This document shows positions 18,357 to 29,425 of a stretch of 64,000 nucleotides of DNA, piece by piece. Source of the DNA: an uncultured Acidobacteriota bacterium (GTDB lineage: Bacteria > Acidobacteriota > Vicinamibacteria > Vicinamibacterales > CAVVIG01); NCBI GenBank assembly GCA_963720005.1, contig CAVREM010000048.1, forward strand, positions 269,093 to 333,092, given 5' to 3'. Positions within the stretch are counted from its first letter, which is position 1. Each line of letters opens with the position of its first letter. The position numbers were made by a program, and so were the translations under genes. The notes beneath the pieces are model-generated. The model saw only the letters and a program-made list of their open reading frames with translations, did not search any database and was not told the origin of the DNA.

Positions 18357-21300
18357 ATGAAAAAACTGCTCGTCGCCAACCGATCTGAGATCGCCATCCG
18401 CTGCTTCCGGGCGGCCACCGAGCTCGGGCTGCGCACCGTCGCCGTCTACAGCTACGAGGACCGCTTCTCGCTGCACCGGTTCAAGGCGGACGAGGCGTTT
18501 CTGATCGGGCCGCCGGAGGGCGGCGAGCCGGTCCGCGTCGTACCTGAACATCGACGCGCTCATCGCCGTCGCGCAAGCAGCACGGCGTCGACGCGATCCA
18601 TCCCGGGTACGGGTTCCTCGCCGAGAACGCGGCGTTCGCGCGCGCGTGCGAGGACGGCGGGCATCACGTTCGTCGGCCCGACCGCCGAGCAGCTCGAAAT
18701 GTTCGGCGACAAGACGGCGGCCAAGCGCGCTGGCGCAGCAAGGCGGGCGTGCCGACGATCCCCGGCACCGAGCACGGCGCTGACCGACCGCGGCGACGGT
18801 GCAGGCGCGCGGCCGAGCGAGATCGGCTACCCGCTGATCATCAAGGCCAGCTTCGGCGGCGGCGGCCGCGGGATGCGCGTCGTGCACGAGCGCCGGACGA
18901 GCTCGCCGAGCAAGCTCGACGAGGCGCAGCGCGAAGCCGGCGGCGGCGTTCGGCCGGCCGACGTGTTCCTCGAGCGCTACATCCCGCGCGCCAAGCACAT
19001 CGAGGTGCAGATCCTCGGCGACGCGCACGGCAACCTCGTGCACCTCTGGGAGCGCGACTGCTCGGTCCAGCGCCGCCACCAGAAGGTCGTCGAGGTCGCG
19101 CCGAGCATCAACCTCGCCGCACGAGCTTCGCGCGCACGGATCTGCGACGCCGCGGCGCGGCTCTGCCGGTCGGTCGGCTACCGCAACGCCGGCACGGTCG
19201 AGTTCCTGCTCGACGTCGATCGCGGCGAGTTCTTCTTCATCGAGGTCAACCCGCGCATCCAGGTCGAGCACACGGTCACCGAGGTCGTCACCGGCATCGA
19301 CCTCGTGCGGAGCCAGATCCTCGTCGCCGACGGCCACCAGCTGCACGAGCGCGCCGCTCGAACATCCCGCCGCAGGACGAGATCGAACGCCGCGGCGTCG
19401 CGATGCAGTGCCGCATCACGACCGAGGATCCCGGATCAGCATTTCATCCCCGACTACGGCCGGATCACGACCTACCGATCGGCCGGCGGCTTCGCGGTCC
19501 GGCTCGACGGCGGCAACGGCTTCGGCGGCGCGGTCATCACGCCGTACTTCGACTCGCTGCTGGTCAAGCTCACGACCTGGGGCAGCGACGCTCGAGGAGG
19601 CGGTGCAGCGCGCCGACCGCGCGCTGCGCGAGTTCCGCATCCGCGGCGTCAAGACGAACATCGCCGTTCCTCGCTCAACCTGATCGGCCACCCGACGTTC
19701 GCGATCCGGCGACGCGACGACGACGTTCATCGACGACACGCCGGAGCTGTTCCGGTTCCGCGCGCCGCGCGACCGCGCGACGAAGATGCTGTCGCTACCT
19801 CGGCGACGTCATCGTCAACGGCCGGCCGGACGTGAAGGGCAGCGTTCGACCCGGCACGCAAGCTGCCGACGCCGCCGGTCGCCGCCGTCTCGCAGCGGTC
19901 GACGCCGCCGCCGGCGGGCATGCGGCAGCAAGCTGCTGGAGCTGGGGCCGGAGAAGTTCGCGCAGTGGGTCCGCGAGCGAGAGCCGGCTGCTGATCACCG
20001 ACACGACGATGCGCGACGCGCACCAGTCGCTGCTGGCGACGCGCGTGCGCACCTACGACATGCTGGCGATCGCCGACGCGGTGGCGCAGGCTGATGCCGG
20101 ACCTGTTCAGCCTCGAGATGTGGGGCGGCGCGACGTTCGACACGTCGATGCGGTTCCTCCAGGAGGATCCCGTGGGACCGGCTCGACGCAGCTGCGGCAG
20201 CGGGTCCCGAACATCCTGTTCCAGATGCTGCTGCGCGCGAGCAACGCCGTCGGCTACACGAACTACCCGGACAACGTCGTCCGCGCGTTCATCAAGCGGA
20301 GCGCGGACGACGGCATCGACGTCTTCCGCATCTTCGACTCGCTGAACTCGACCGACGAACATGAAGGTGGCGATCGAGGCGGTGCGCGAGCGACACCAAC
20401 GCGCATCTGCGAAGCGGCGATCTGCTACACCGGCGACATCCTCGATCCCGACGCGCACGAAGTACCGCCTCGACTACTACGTGCAGCATGGCGAAGGAGC
20501 TGGTCGAGATGGGCACGCACATCCTCGGCATCAAGGACATGGCCGGGCTGTGCAAGCCGTACGCGGCGTACGCGCTGGTGAAGGCGCTGCGCGACGAGGT
20601 CGGACGTGCCGATCCACTTCCACACGCACGACACCAGCGGCATCAACGCGGCGCAGCATCCTGCGCGCGGCCGACGCCGGCGTCGACATCGCCGACGCGG
20701 CGATCGCGTCGATGAGCGGCATGACCAGCCAGCCGTACCTCAACTCGCATCGTCGCGGCGCTGCGGCACACCGAGCGCGACACCGGCCTCGATCTGGAGG
20801 CGCTCGACGAGCTGAGCCGACTACTGGGCGGCGGTGCGCGAGCTCTACTACCCGTTCGAAGAGGGCCTGAAGGCGCCGAGCGCCGACGTGTACCACCACG
20901 AGATGCCCGGCGGGCAGTACACCAACCTCCGCCAGCAGGCCAAGAGCCTGGGCCTCGAAGAGCCGCTGGCACGGAGATCTGCCGACGCGTACGCCGCGGT
21001 CAACCAGCTGTTCGGCGACATCGTCAAGGTGACGCCGTCGAGCAAGGTCGTCGGCGACCTGGCGCTGTTCATGGTGACCAACGGCCTGACGCGCGAAGGA
21101 CGTCCTGAACGCCGCGGCGCCGCTGCAACTTTCCGCGCAGCGTCGTCGAGATGATGCAGGGCCTGCTCGGCCAGCCCGAAGGCGGCTGGCCGAAGGCGCT
21201 TCCAGGAGATCGTCCTGCGACTCCGCGCGCGTCGAGCCGATCGAGGGCCGGCCGGGCGCGGCGCTGCCGCCGGCCGACTTCGCGGCGGCCGCGCGAAGGA

Positions 21301-21870
21301 CTCGCAGGAGAAGATCGAAGCGCGAGCCGCGCGACGAGGACGTGCTGTCGTACCTGCTGTACCCGCAGGTCTTCCTCGACTACGACGAGCACTCGGCAGC
21401 AGTACGACAACACGTCGACGTGATCCCGACGCCGGCGTTCTTCTACGGGCTGCAGCGCCGGCGAGGAGATCGCCGTCGAGATCGAGCGCGGGCAAGACGC
21501 TGATCGTCCGGTACCTCACGACCGGCGAGGCGCGCGAGGACGGCACGCGGACGGTCTTCTTCGAGCTGAACGGCCAGCCGCGCGAGGTGAGCGTCGCCGA
21601 CCGATCGGTCGAGGGCGTCGCTACAAGCGCCATCCCAAGGCCGACCCCGACGAACCCGAACCACGTCGCCGCGCCGATGCCCGGCAAGGTGTCGACGTCG
21701 CGGTGCAAGAACGGCCAGGCCGTCAAGGCAGGCGAGCGGCTGCTGTCGATCGAGGCGATGAAGATGGAGACGGCCGTCTACAGCCCGCGCGACGCGGCGG
21801 TCGACCGAGGTGCTGGTCGCGCCCGGGCGCCGTCGTCGAAGCGCGCGACCTGCTGGTCGTCCTGAAATAA
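18357..21870 (+). CDS. pyc: pyruvate carboxylase; very many frame breaks
   Basis: Biotin carboxylase motifs (MKKLLVANRSEIAIRCFRAA, KASFGGGGRGMRVV, FIEVNPRIQVEHTVTE), carboxyltransferase motifs (HTHDTSG) and the biotinyl motif EAMKMET are all present. They are scattered over all three forward frames. Confidence 0.9.
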
Positions 21871-21879
21871 CCGTCAAGC

Positions 21880-21900
21880 GGCGGGCCTAAAAGGCCCGCC
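21880..21900 (+). terminator. terminator-like hairpin after pyc (no U-tract)
   Basis: GGCGGGCC-TAAAA-GGCCCGCC lies 10 nt after the pyc stop. Confidence 0.4.
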
Positions 21901-21971
21901 CTACAGCCGGCTCGGCCGCCCTAAGCCGAGCCGAGTTCCGCAGCCAGAAAAGACCAATATTTCCAAGCGAC

Positions 21972-22000
21972 TTGACTAGACTGACGTGTCAGTCTAGACT
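21972..22000 (+). promoter_or_regulatory. sigma70-like promoter with embedded 22-bp perfect palindrome (putative TetR operator)
   Basis: The promoter reads TTGACT-N17-TAGACT. The spacer holds the palindrome CTAGACTGACGTGTCAGTCTAG (21976..21997). The candidate GTG start of the TetR gene is at 22008. Confidence 0.6.
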
Positions 22001-22007
22001 CGAGCCC

Positions 22008-22624
22008 GTGCCCACGCGCCGAACCGTCCTTCCAACCCGACGAACGCCGCCAGCAGCTGCTCGCTGGCGGCGACCTGGGTGTTCGCGCGAAAGGGGTACC
22101 GCCGGGCGGCCATCAGCGACATCATCGAGCGCGCCGGCGTCGCCCGCGGCACCTTCTACCTCTACTTCGCCAGCAAAGAGCAGGTCTTCCTCGCCATCGT
22201 CGAGGACTTCCACAAGAAAATCTCGGCCGCCATCACGACGACCAGCGAGCCGCCCGCGCAGCCCGTGACCGACCCGGAAGCGCTGCTCAGGATCAGCTTC
22301 CGCCGGTGGCTCGGCTTCTTTGCCGCGAACCGCGACGCGACGACCGTCATCTTGAAAGAGGCGTCGTCGATCGATCCGCGATTCGAGAAGGGGTTCGCGG
22401 AGCTCCGGCGGTCGGCCGTCGACTTCTTCGCCGCTCGCTACCGCCGGTTCCAGGAGCTCGGGATCGTCCGGGCGTCCATTCGTCCTGTGCTGATGGCGCA
22501 TCTGCTCATCGGCATGTTCGACGAACTGCTCAACGCGTTCGTCCTTACCGACCCGGACGCCGACCTCGATGCGCTGGCTGCGCAACTGGCCGACTTCGAG
22601 TGGAACGGCATTCGTCCCCACTGA
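22008..22624 (+). CDS. TetR/AcrR family transcriptional regulator; N-terminal roughly 25 codons need two +1 corrections
   Basis: ORF 22079..22624 begins FARKGYRRAAISDIIERAGVARGTFYLYFASKEQVF (HTH). Upstream frames read DERRQQLL and LAATWV, which continue the family N-terminus. Confidence 0.8.
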
Positions 22625-22633
22625 AAGGGCGGG

Positions 22634-23593
22634 ATGGTCCATCACATCGATCCGATCATCACCACCATCGGCGGCGTGCACCTCTGGTGGTACGGGCTCA
22701 GCTACTCGCTCGGCTTCCTCAACGCGCACCTCTTCCTCCGCCGCAACCGCGATCGGCTCGGGCTGTCACTGGCCGACGTGTATGAGCTGTCCTTTCTGCT
22801 GGCGTTTGGCGTGCTGGCAGGCGGCAGAGGGCTCGTCGCGTTCCGACACGAGTGGTCGTTCTACAGCGATCACCTCGCGCTCGTTCCGGCGGTCTGGCTC
22901 GGCGGACTCGCGACCCACGGCCTGATCATCGGCGGCTTTGCGGGCGTGACGCTGTTTTGCGTTCTTCGGCAGCGCCCCTTCCGTCCGATCTTCGACGCGC
23001 TCGCCATGCCCGCGGCCTTCATCCTCGGCTGCGGGCGGATCGGCAACTTCATCGACGGCCAGATCGTCGGCAGCGTGACCACGTTGCCTTGGGGTGTGCA
23101 ATTTCCTGAAGCCGAGGGATTCCGGCATCCCGTCGTTCTCTACGACGGTCTCAAGAACTTCCTCATCATCCCGATACTCTGGTCGGTGCAGCGCCGCGGT
23201 GTGCCGCCAGGTCGCATTGGCAGCCTTTTCGTGCTGCTCTACGCCGCGCTGCGCATTCCGATCGACCTGCTTCGCGAGTACCCGATCTCGTTCCTGTTCC
23301 TGCCAGCCGGCCAGACCTTCAACGTCCTGATGGCGCTGACCGGGCTGGCGTTGGTCATCAAGAACGTGTGGTGGCCCGCCACAACCGTTCCTGATTCAGG
23401 CGCGAGCGACGCGGGCGGTGACGTCCCGGTCGTACCGTCTGCCGCGCGTGGCATTCGCCGCACTGGTCGTGCTGGCCCTCGTGATCCCCAGCGACGCCAC
23501 ACGCGACATTCCCGCTCGCTACGGGCATCGGCACGAAGGCTTGTCGTACTCCTGGCTGTACCCACGAATCGGTGTCGAACCACAACAGGCTGA
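22634..23593 (+). CDS. lgt: prolipoprotein diacylglyceryl transferase; 3' end uncertain
   Basis: Multi-pass membrane ORF with the GRIGNFIDGQIVG motif. The Arg-rich tail after about 23400 looks out of frame or non-genuine. Confidence 0.8.
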   Translation: MVHHIDPIITTIGGVHLWWYGLSYSLGFLNAHLFLRRNRDRLGLSLADVYELSFLLAFGVLAGGRGLVAFRHEWSFYSDHLALVPAVWLGGLATHGLIIGGFAGVTLFCVLRQRPFRPIFDALAMPAAFILGCGRIGNFIDGQIVGSVTTLPWGVQFPEAEGFRHPVVLYDGLKNFLIIPILWSVQRRGVPPGRIGSLFVLLYAALRIPIDLLREYPISFLFLPAGQTFNVLMALTGLALVIKNVWWPATTVPDSGASDAGGDVPVVPSAARGIRRTGRAGPRDPQRRHTRHSRSLRASARRLVVLLAVPTNRCRTTTG

Positions 23594-23625
23594 GTCGGCC
23601 CTTCAGGCCGACAAGGAGTCGCACG

Positions 23626-24471
23626 ATGTGGCGCACACTGCTGGTCCTGATCGTTCTCACGGCGCTCCCGTCGGCCGCTGACGCGCAGGCACGCCGAATC
23701 GACGTCCGAGTCCCCGACGATTCCAGTGTGATTCAGCGCCTGGCGACGCGCGATGGCTCGCAGGTGTACGGACGCGTGGAAACGATCGGCGACGACTCGA
23801 TTGAGTTCAGGACGATCGACGGCGGACTGTTGACCATCGAGGTCGATGACCTCGTCGAACTGCGCGTGGTCGAAGGACGGGTCGTGAACGGAGAGGTTCG
23901 GCTGCGCGACCCTCACGGATCGCGGCTGTTCATTGGCCCCACTGCCAGGAGCCTTAGACGCGGCGAAGGCTACGTCACCCTTCACCAGTTCATGATGCCT
24001 TCAATGCAGGTGGGCATCACGGATCGCGTATCGGTAGGCGCCGCAACACCCCTTTTCTTCTACGGCGAGCCTCATCCCTTCCTGGTTACACCGAAGGTTC
24101 AACTGCTGGCGCGCGAGAAGCTGCAGCTAGCCGCCGGGACGATCCATCTCCTGAACGGCTCCAGTGACTCCACTGGCATCGCGTACGGCGTCGCGACCAT
24201 CGGGTCGCGAGACCACGCGGCGACGGTCGCCTTCGGTTACGCGTACAGCGGAAACGAGCGCCGCCCGGTTGCGATGTTCGGGGCCGAAGCGCGCGAGAGC
24301 CGACGCGTCAAGTGGTTTGCCGAGGGCTGGCTGTTTGGAGCGGACGATGGGCTGGTTACCTTCGGGGCGAGACTTCTCCGCGAGCGGTATTCGACCGAGC
24401 TCGGACTCGTCGTGCCGCTCGGCACGTACGGCTTTGTGATGCCGGTGGTCAATCTGACTTGGAGCTTTTGA
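23626..24471 (+). CDS. secreted hypothetical protein, possible outer-membrane beta-barrel
   Basis: Signal peptide MWRTLLVLIVLTALPSAADAQ, alternating beta-strand-like C-terminal half, and a terminal F. Confidence 0.5.
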   Translation: MWRTLLVLIVLTALPSAADAQARRIDVRVPDDSSVIQRLATRDGSQVYGRVETIGDDSIEFRTIDGGLLTIEVDDLVELRVVEGRVVNGEVRLRDPHGSRLFIGPTARSLRRGEGYVTLHQFMMPSMQVGITDRVSVGAATPLFFYGEPHPFLVTPKVQLLAREKLQLAAGTIHLLNGSSDSTGIAYGVATIGSRDHAATVAFGYAYSGNERRPVAMFGAEARESRRVKWFAEGWLFGADDGLVTFGARLLRERYSTELGLVVPLGTYGFVMPVVNLTWSF

Positions 24472-24489
24472 GCGGACGCAAGGAGACTG

Positions 24490-25026
24490 ATGATGAGTAA
24501 AACGATCCGGATGGCGGCTCTGGCGGCGCTGCTGTTCACGCCTGCCGTCGTGGAGGCGCAGGAGCCGCTCGGCGGCTGGCAGGGTCTCAAGGTCTCTTCG
24601 CTCGAAACGGTCTATGTCACCGACGACGCCGGCCGGCGCACGGAGGGCAAGCTGCTCAGGTTCGACGCGGATTCCCTGGTGATGCTCATCGACGGAATGG
24701 AGCAGCGGTTCGACGCGACGCACGTCCTGCGCGTCGACAAGCGCGGCGATTCGCTGAAGAACGGCGCCCTGATCGGCGCCGCCCTCGGCCTCCTCTTCGG
24801 GGGGATCGCGGCAGGGATCTCCGATTGTCCCGGTGAGGATCCGGGCGGCAACTGCACAGGCTTCAAGGTCGTAGGCTTCGCGAGCGCGCTGGGCATCTAC
24901 ACAGCGATCGGAACGGCGATCGACGCGATGGTTGTCGGACGGACTCGTGTGTTCGACGCGGGCCGGCAGGTTGCGGATCGCAGTGTCCCGGCCGCCCCGC
25001 AGTTGGCGATGCGCGTCAGCTGGTAG
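24490..25026 (+). CDS. secreted hypothetical protein with glycine-zipper segment
   Basis: Signal peptide MMSKTIRMAALAALLFTPAVVEAQ and a GALIGAALGLLFGGIAAGI segment. Confidence 0.45.
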   Translation: MMSKTIRMAALAALLFTPAVVEAQEPLGGWQGLKVSSLETVYVTDDAGRRTEGKLLRFDADSLVMLIDGMEQRFDATHVLRVDKRGDSLKNGALIGAALGLLFGGIAAGISDCPGEDPGGNCTGFKVVGFASALGIYTAIGTAIDAMVVGRTRVFDAGRQVADRSVPAAPQLAMRVSW

Positions 25027-25039
25027 GCCGGCCGTCAAC

Positions 25040-25113
25040 GTAGCGTCCGCCTTTAGGTGGACGTCAAAACGTCCGGCGTACGTCCACCACGTCCGGCTAA
25101 AGCCGGACGCTAC
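25040..25113. repeat. REP-like hairpin cluster, same family as 992 and 4044
   Basis: GTAGCGTCCGCCTTTAGGTGGAC (variant, inverted) at 25040..25062 and GTCCGGCTAAAGCCGGACGCTAC at 25091..25113. Confidence 0.85.
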
Positions 25114-25125
25114 GCTCTAACGGCC

Positions 25126-28018
25126 CTACGGACGACCGGCATCGAGGTCGTTCCAGTTCATGATGGCGTTGAAGCCGAGCGTATAGGTGCCGTGCGTCTG
25201 CCACCGCCAGAACGGGCGGATCGCAAACATGACGAGGTGCCCGTCGCCGAGGCGGGCATCGACCACCGCGGCGCGATTCGCCAGGAACTGACCGTTGGCG
25301 AGGGTCCCCGACAGAAGCAGTTCCCGCGGCTCGGATCCGAACTGGATGACGACGCGGGGGCGGAGGGCATCGCGCGCGGCCGTTCCACCCTGGGCGCGTT
25401 CACGGACCTCCGCGGTTTCTTCAGCTCGGGGCCGCTCGTTCGGCTCTGCGTCGCGCCGATTGCCGGCATCCGCCTCAAACGGTGAAATCTGCGGCGGCAC
25501 AGCGTTCGGCGTGATGATCTGACCGAGCCCGGCGTTCGGATTCTGTGGCGGCGCCGCCCCCCGGCCGCCAATTCCCCCGGCGTTCAGCACGGGCGCCTGG
25601 TTGAAGTAGATCGGGACGTCGGATCCTTCGTAGCCGTACGCGATCGGACTGAGGCGATCGGCCAGGCGGCCGCGCAGAATCGAACCGCGGACGAAGAGCT
25701 GCGCCGGTTGTTCCACTGTCACATCCGCAACCAGTCCGTAGTCCGGGAAGATCGCGGCCGTCGAGCCCTCGGTGATGAGCGTGCCGCCTTCCCGCACGAA
25801 CTTCGCCAGCTCCGCGAGACCTTCGAGCCCCATCCCACCGCGGATGTCGTCGCTCGAGTCGAGGAACCCCAGGTTCGGCGTCTCGTCGGTCTTCCTGTAG
25901 GGAAGCGGCGCCTTCCCCGTCAGCGCCATCCCATTTACCTGCGACACCGACGAACCGCCGACGTGCGGGAACAGGATCACGTCGTACTTCGCCCGCAGGT
26001 TGCCTTCGCGCAACTTCTGATCGGCGAAGTATGTGTACGGCACGCCGTAGGCGTCGAGCGCGGCGCGCCACCAGCCCTCGTCCTGGGTCCGGGTCCAGCT
26101 GTGGACGTAGCCAATCCGCGGCACGTCGAGCTCGTGCGTCTTGACCTTTGGCGCCTCGCGCACCGCCCGGGCCGAGAGTCCGAGCGCCTCGAGCGATCGG
26201 GCGAGCATCGCGCGGTCGCCCTCCGGGATCACGATCGATCCCGGCGCGGAACTTGCGGCCGGCGAGCTCGAAGTCTTCCTCGGTCGCGAGCATCCGCACG
26301 CCGGCGTTGCGGAACCGGAAGGTGGCCAGCGACGTATCGGCGGTGTGCTCGACGACGAGCACCGGGCCGGAGCCGTCGACGCCGCCGGGCGCCTTGATGT
26401 CGTCGCCAACCAAGGTCATCTTCTGACTGAGCAGCGCCTTGTCGGTGACAGGGAGGATCCGGACATCCCGCATCAACTGGAACGTCCAGCCGGTATCGTC
26501 GTAGGGCGACGGATTCTGTGGCGCGTAGTTCTGGACGGAGAAGTACATCTCGGCCAGTGTCCGAAACGGCTGATCGCCGCGCACGATGAAATCGCCGGCG
26601 CGAACGTCGACACCCCCAGCCCGGAACGTCTCGGTCGCGCGGGAGATCTCGAGGCCCTGGCGGCGCAGATCGTTCATCGCGATCGCGACATCCGCCTTGC
26701 GCCGCTGCCCCGCCGGGACGACCCAGCCGTGCACCGGCCCTTTGACCCCTTCCTCGATGGCGCGCTTGTTCTTCAGCCAGTAGTTCTCGAGGTACATCCG
26801 CCGGTTCTGCGCCACGTGCTGCAGCGAGAACAACACCGCCGACTGCTGAATGTTGGTGTTGTTGCGCGGACCCCACCGGATGAACGGCAGCGGCGGGTTC
26901 GGGCGGAACCACTCCTTGCTCAACTGCGTCGCGCCCGGGCGGACGTCGTAGGGTTCGGGCCCGTACCCCTGCACCTCGTAGAAACGCCCGGTCGCGTTGT
27001 GGCTGTGCGCGACGAAGATCATGTAGTTCGGCACCCAGCCGTCGTAGAACCCGTAGGTCCACACGCCGGGCACGCTGCGCTTCGTCATCTCGAGCACGTC
27101 GTTCTGCGCGAGCATCCACCATTCGCTCACGGTGATCGGATCGAGTGCGTCGTTGTACGGGCCGGTGCCGGTCGACGAGTACAGGTAGGTCTGCGCTTCG
27201 TGCAGGTCGTGCAGGATCGTCGGATGCCAGGTCAGCGTCACACGCGTGATCGCGCGCGTCAGCTCGAGCAGCTGTCCCATCCCGTCGCGGTTGTTGTCGT
27301 GCTGCACGTACTTGCCCCAGTACATCAGCGGCAGGCGCGCGTCTCCCTGCGCGCGCTTCTTGTTGAAGTAGTAGGTATCGACCTGCTTCTCGCGGCCGTC
27401 GACTTCGATGACCGGCGTGATGAGCGTGATGACGTTGCGCCGGATGTTCTGGATGAAGGGCGTTTCCTCGACGATCAGCCGGAAGGCGAGCTCGATGAGC
27501 ATCTCCGGGCCGCCATTCTCCGGCGAATGCATACCGCTCACCAGGTAGTAGATCGGCTTTCCAGTCTCGAGCAGCTTCTGCGCCTCGGCGTCGCTCGTCC
27601 GCCTGGGATCGGTGAGCGCATCGAGCGTCGCGCGATGCGAGTCCAGCGACGCGATCGTCGCTTCGTCGGCGATGGCGAGCGCCACGATGTCGCGGCCCTC
27701 TTCGGTTTTGCCGATGGTCCAGAACCTCGCGCGCGGCGACGCGGTGGCGAGCGCCTGGTAGTAGCGGTGGATGTCTTGTGCGTAGGTCAGCTCGCCTGGA
27801 GCGCCGACCGCACGTCCGAGAAACTCCAGCGGCGAAGGCACCGTCTCCGACGCCGGCAGGTGGTCCACCAGCTCCGTCGTGATCCGCGGATCCTGCAGGT
27901 ACTCTTTGATAAGCTCCGTGTACTTTTCATCGATCGCCTGGCCGCTCTGCGCGCCGAGCGCCAGAGCGGAAGCCAGGGTGCAGGCGAGGACGGCAGCGGC
28001 CGCAAGGCGCATCGGCAT
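25126..28018 (-). CDS. M14 family zinc carboxypeptidase-like large secreted protein; frame break near 26236
   Basis: Signal peptide plus SGMHSPENGGPEMLIEL and QHDNNRDG motifs (ORF 25475..28018). It continues as RKFRAG-SIVIPEGDRAML into ORF 25126..26409 after one extra A. Confidence 0.8.
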
Positions 28019-28191
28019 AGGCGGATTGTATGCTCTCCCTCAAGGACACATTCGCGAACAGGGGACAATCGGCGGCTGACGGCTGTCGGAGATAAGTGGC
28101 CTTTTTACAGTCATTTACGAGGCTCGTCCGTCCATCGCGGCAGGTACGCGGCTTGCGTTAGGGGGACTTGAAGCAAGGAGTATCAGCTCTC

Positions 28192-29194
28192 ATGAACCCG
28201 ATTCGATTCGCCCTGGCCGCGCTCGGCTTTACCTGCGTCGCGGCAGCCGCCGGTGGCGGATATCTCGCGACGCGCCAGAACGCGGCGGTGCAGCCGGCGG
28301 CGGCGGCGACGGTCGCGACAACGCCACCCGCGCCCGACGCCGCGACGGCTGCCGTCCCGGAAACCGAGGCCATCGTCGGCGACGTCAAGCCGGCCGACGT
28401 GGCGGCGCCACGTGCGGCCAGCGAGCGGCCGGCAGCACCCCGCGCCTCGTCGTCGCGGCCGGCGCCGGCCCGTCGCGCCGAAACGCTCCTCCGCGCGGAC
28501 AACGCCGCCGCCCGCCTCTGCATGGCCGGTCAGCGTCCCTTCGGGGTTCCCGACGGAAACCACCACGCCGCAGCAGCAACCGCCAAGCGACCCGGCCACC
28601 AACGCGAGCGATAACACGACGACCGAAGCAGCTCACGCGCCCGAGCCGCCGAAGGCGCCGGAAAAGGAGTTCGAGGAGCTCGTCGTAACGGCGAACTCCG
28701 TGGTTGGGCTGCAGCTCGACGGCACGATCACCAGCGATCGCGCCAGCGTCGAAGACCGCGTCGAGGCACGCGTCGTCCGCGATGTACGCGTGGGGAATGA
28801 GGTAGCGATTCCTGCCGGCGCGCGGGCGCTGGGATCAGTCACGCTCGTCGAGCGCGGCGGCAAGTTCAAGGATCGCTCGCGCCTCGGCATCCGGTTCCAT
28901 ACGCTCGTGCTGGCGGATGGCACACGGCTGCCGATTACCTCGGAAACGATCTTTCGCAACGGCGACGCCCCCGGCAACGCCAGCGCCGCCAAGATCGGCG
29001 GCGGCGCGGTCGCCGGCGCGATTCTCGGCGCGATCATCGGAGGCGCGAAGGGCGCCGCGATCGGCGCGGGAGCCGGGGCGGGCGGCGGCACAGCCGCGGT
29101 GATGGCCAGCGACGCGAAGGCCGCGACGTTCCCGTCAGGGACCGAAGTCACCGCCCGCATCCTGTCGCCGGTCACGGTAACGGTTGAGAGATAG
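28192..29194 (+). CDS. membrane-anchored hypothetical protein (Pro/Ala-rich linker, beta-rich domain, C-terminal glycine zipper); frame break(s) near 28500
   Basis: AAGGAG RBS followed by an ATG. The N-terminal TM segment is MNPIRFALAALGFTCVAAAAGGG. ORF 28253..29194 supplies the C-terminal domain (GGAVAGAILGAIIGGAKGAAIGAGAGAGGG). Confidence 0.4.
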
Positions 29195-29332
29195 GTCCCA
29201 GCGGTAAGAACAGGTGCCCCAGCAGAGCGCCTGCGGCCATGCCGAGCCGAGGACAAGCGAATCCGAGGCGAGCATCAGCGTAAGTTCGCGGCGGGGGCGG
29301 GGCCCCGCCGCCAGTGAAAAACGTGGCCAGAC

Positions 29333-29363
29333 GGCGGGAGTAGGTGGCCCGCCGCTTTGTTTG
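29333..29363 (+). terminator. rho-independent terminator-like hairpin
   Basis: GGCGGG-N9-CCCGCC followed by GCTTTGTTTGT. A second GC hairpin lies at 29288..29311. Confidence 0.45.
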
Positions 29364-29425
29364 TACGGACCGCCTGCCGTTTTCTGTACGGACGGTATGA
29401 TAGGCCTCTGAAAGTGAGGACCACC

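Noticed and set aside
18530-18800. The idea that the extra bases in pyc and other genes are phase-locked to codon boundaries, which would have suggested deliberate or non-biological editing.
   Set aside because: The position of an inserted G or C cannot be fixed uniquely. Neighbouring four-fold degenerate codons (GCN, CGN, GGN) absorb it without changing the residue. The apparent boundary preference is therefore an ascertainment artefact of hand translation.
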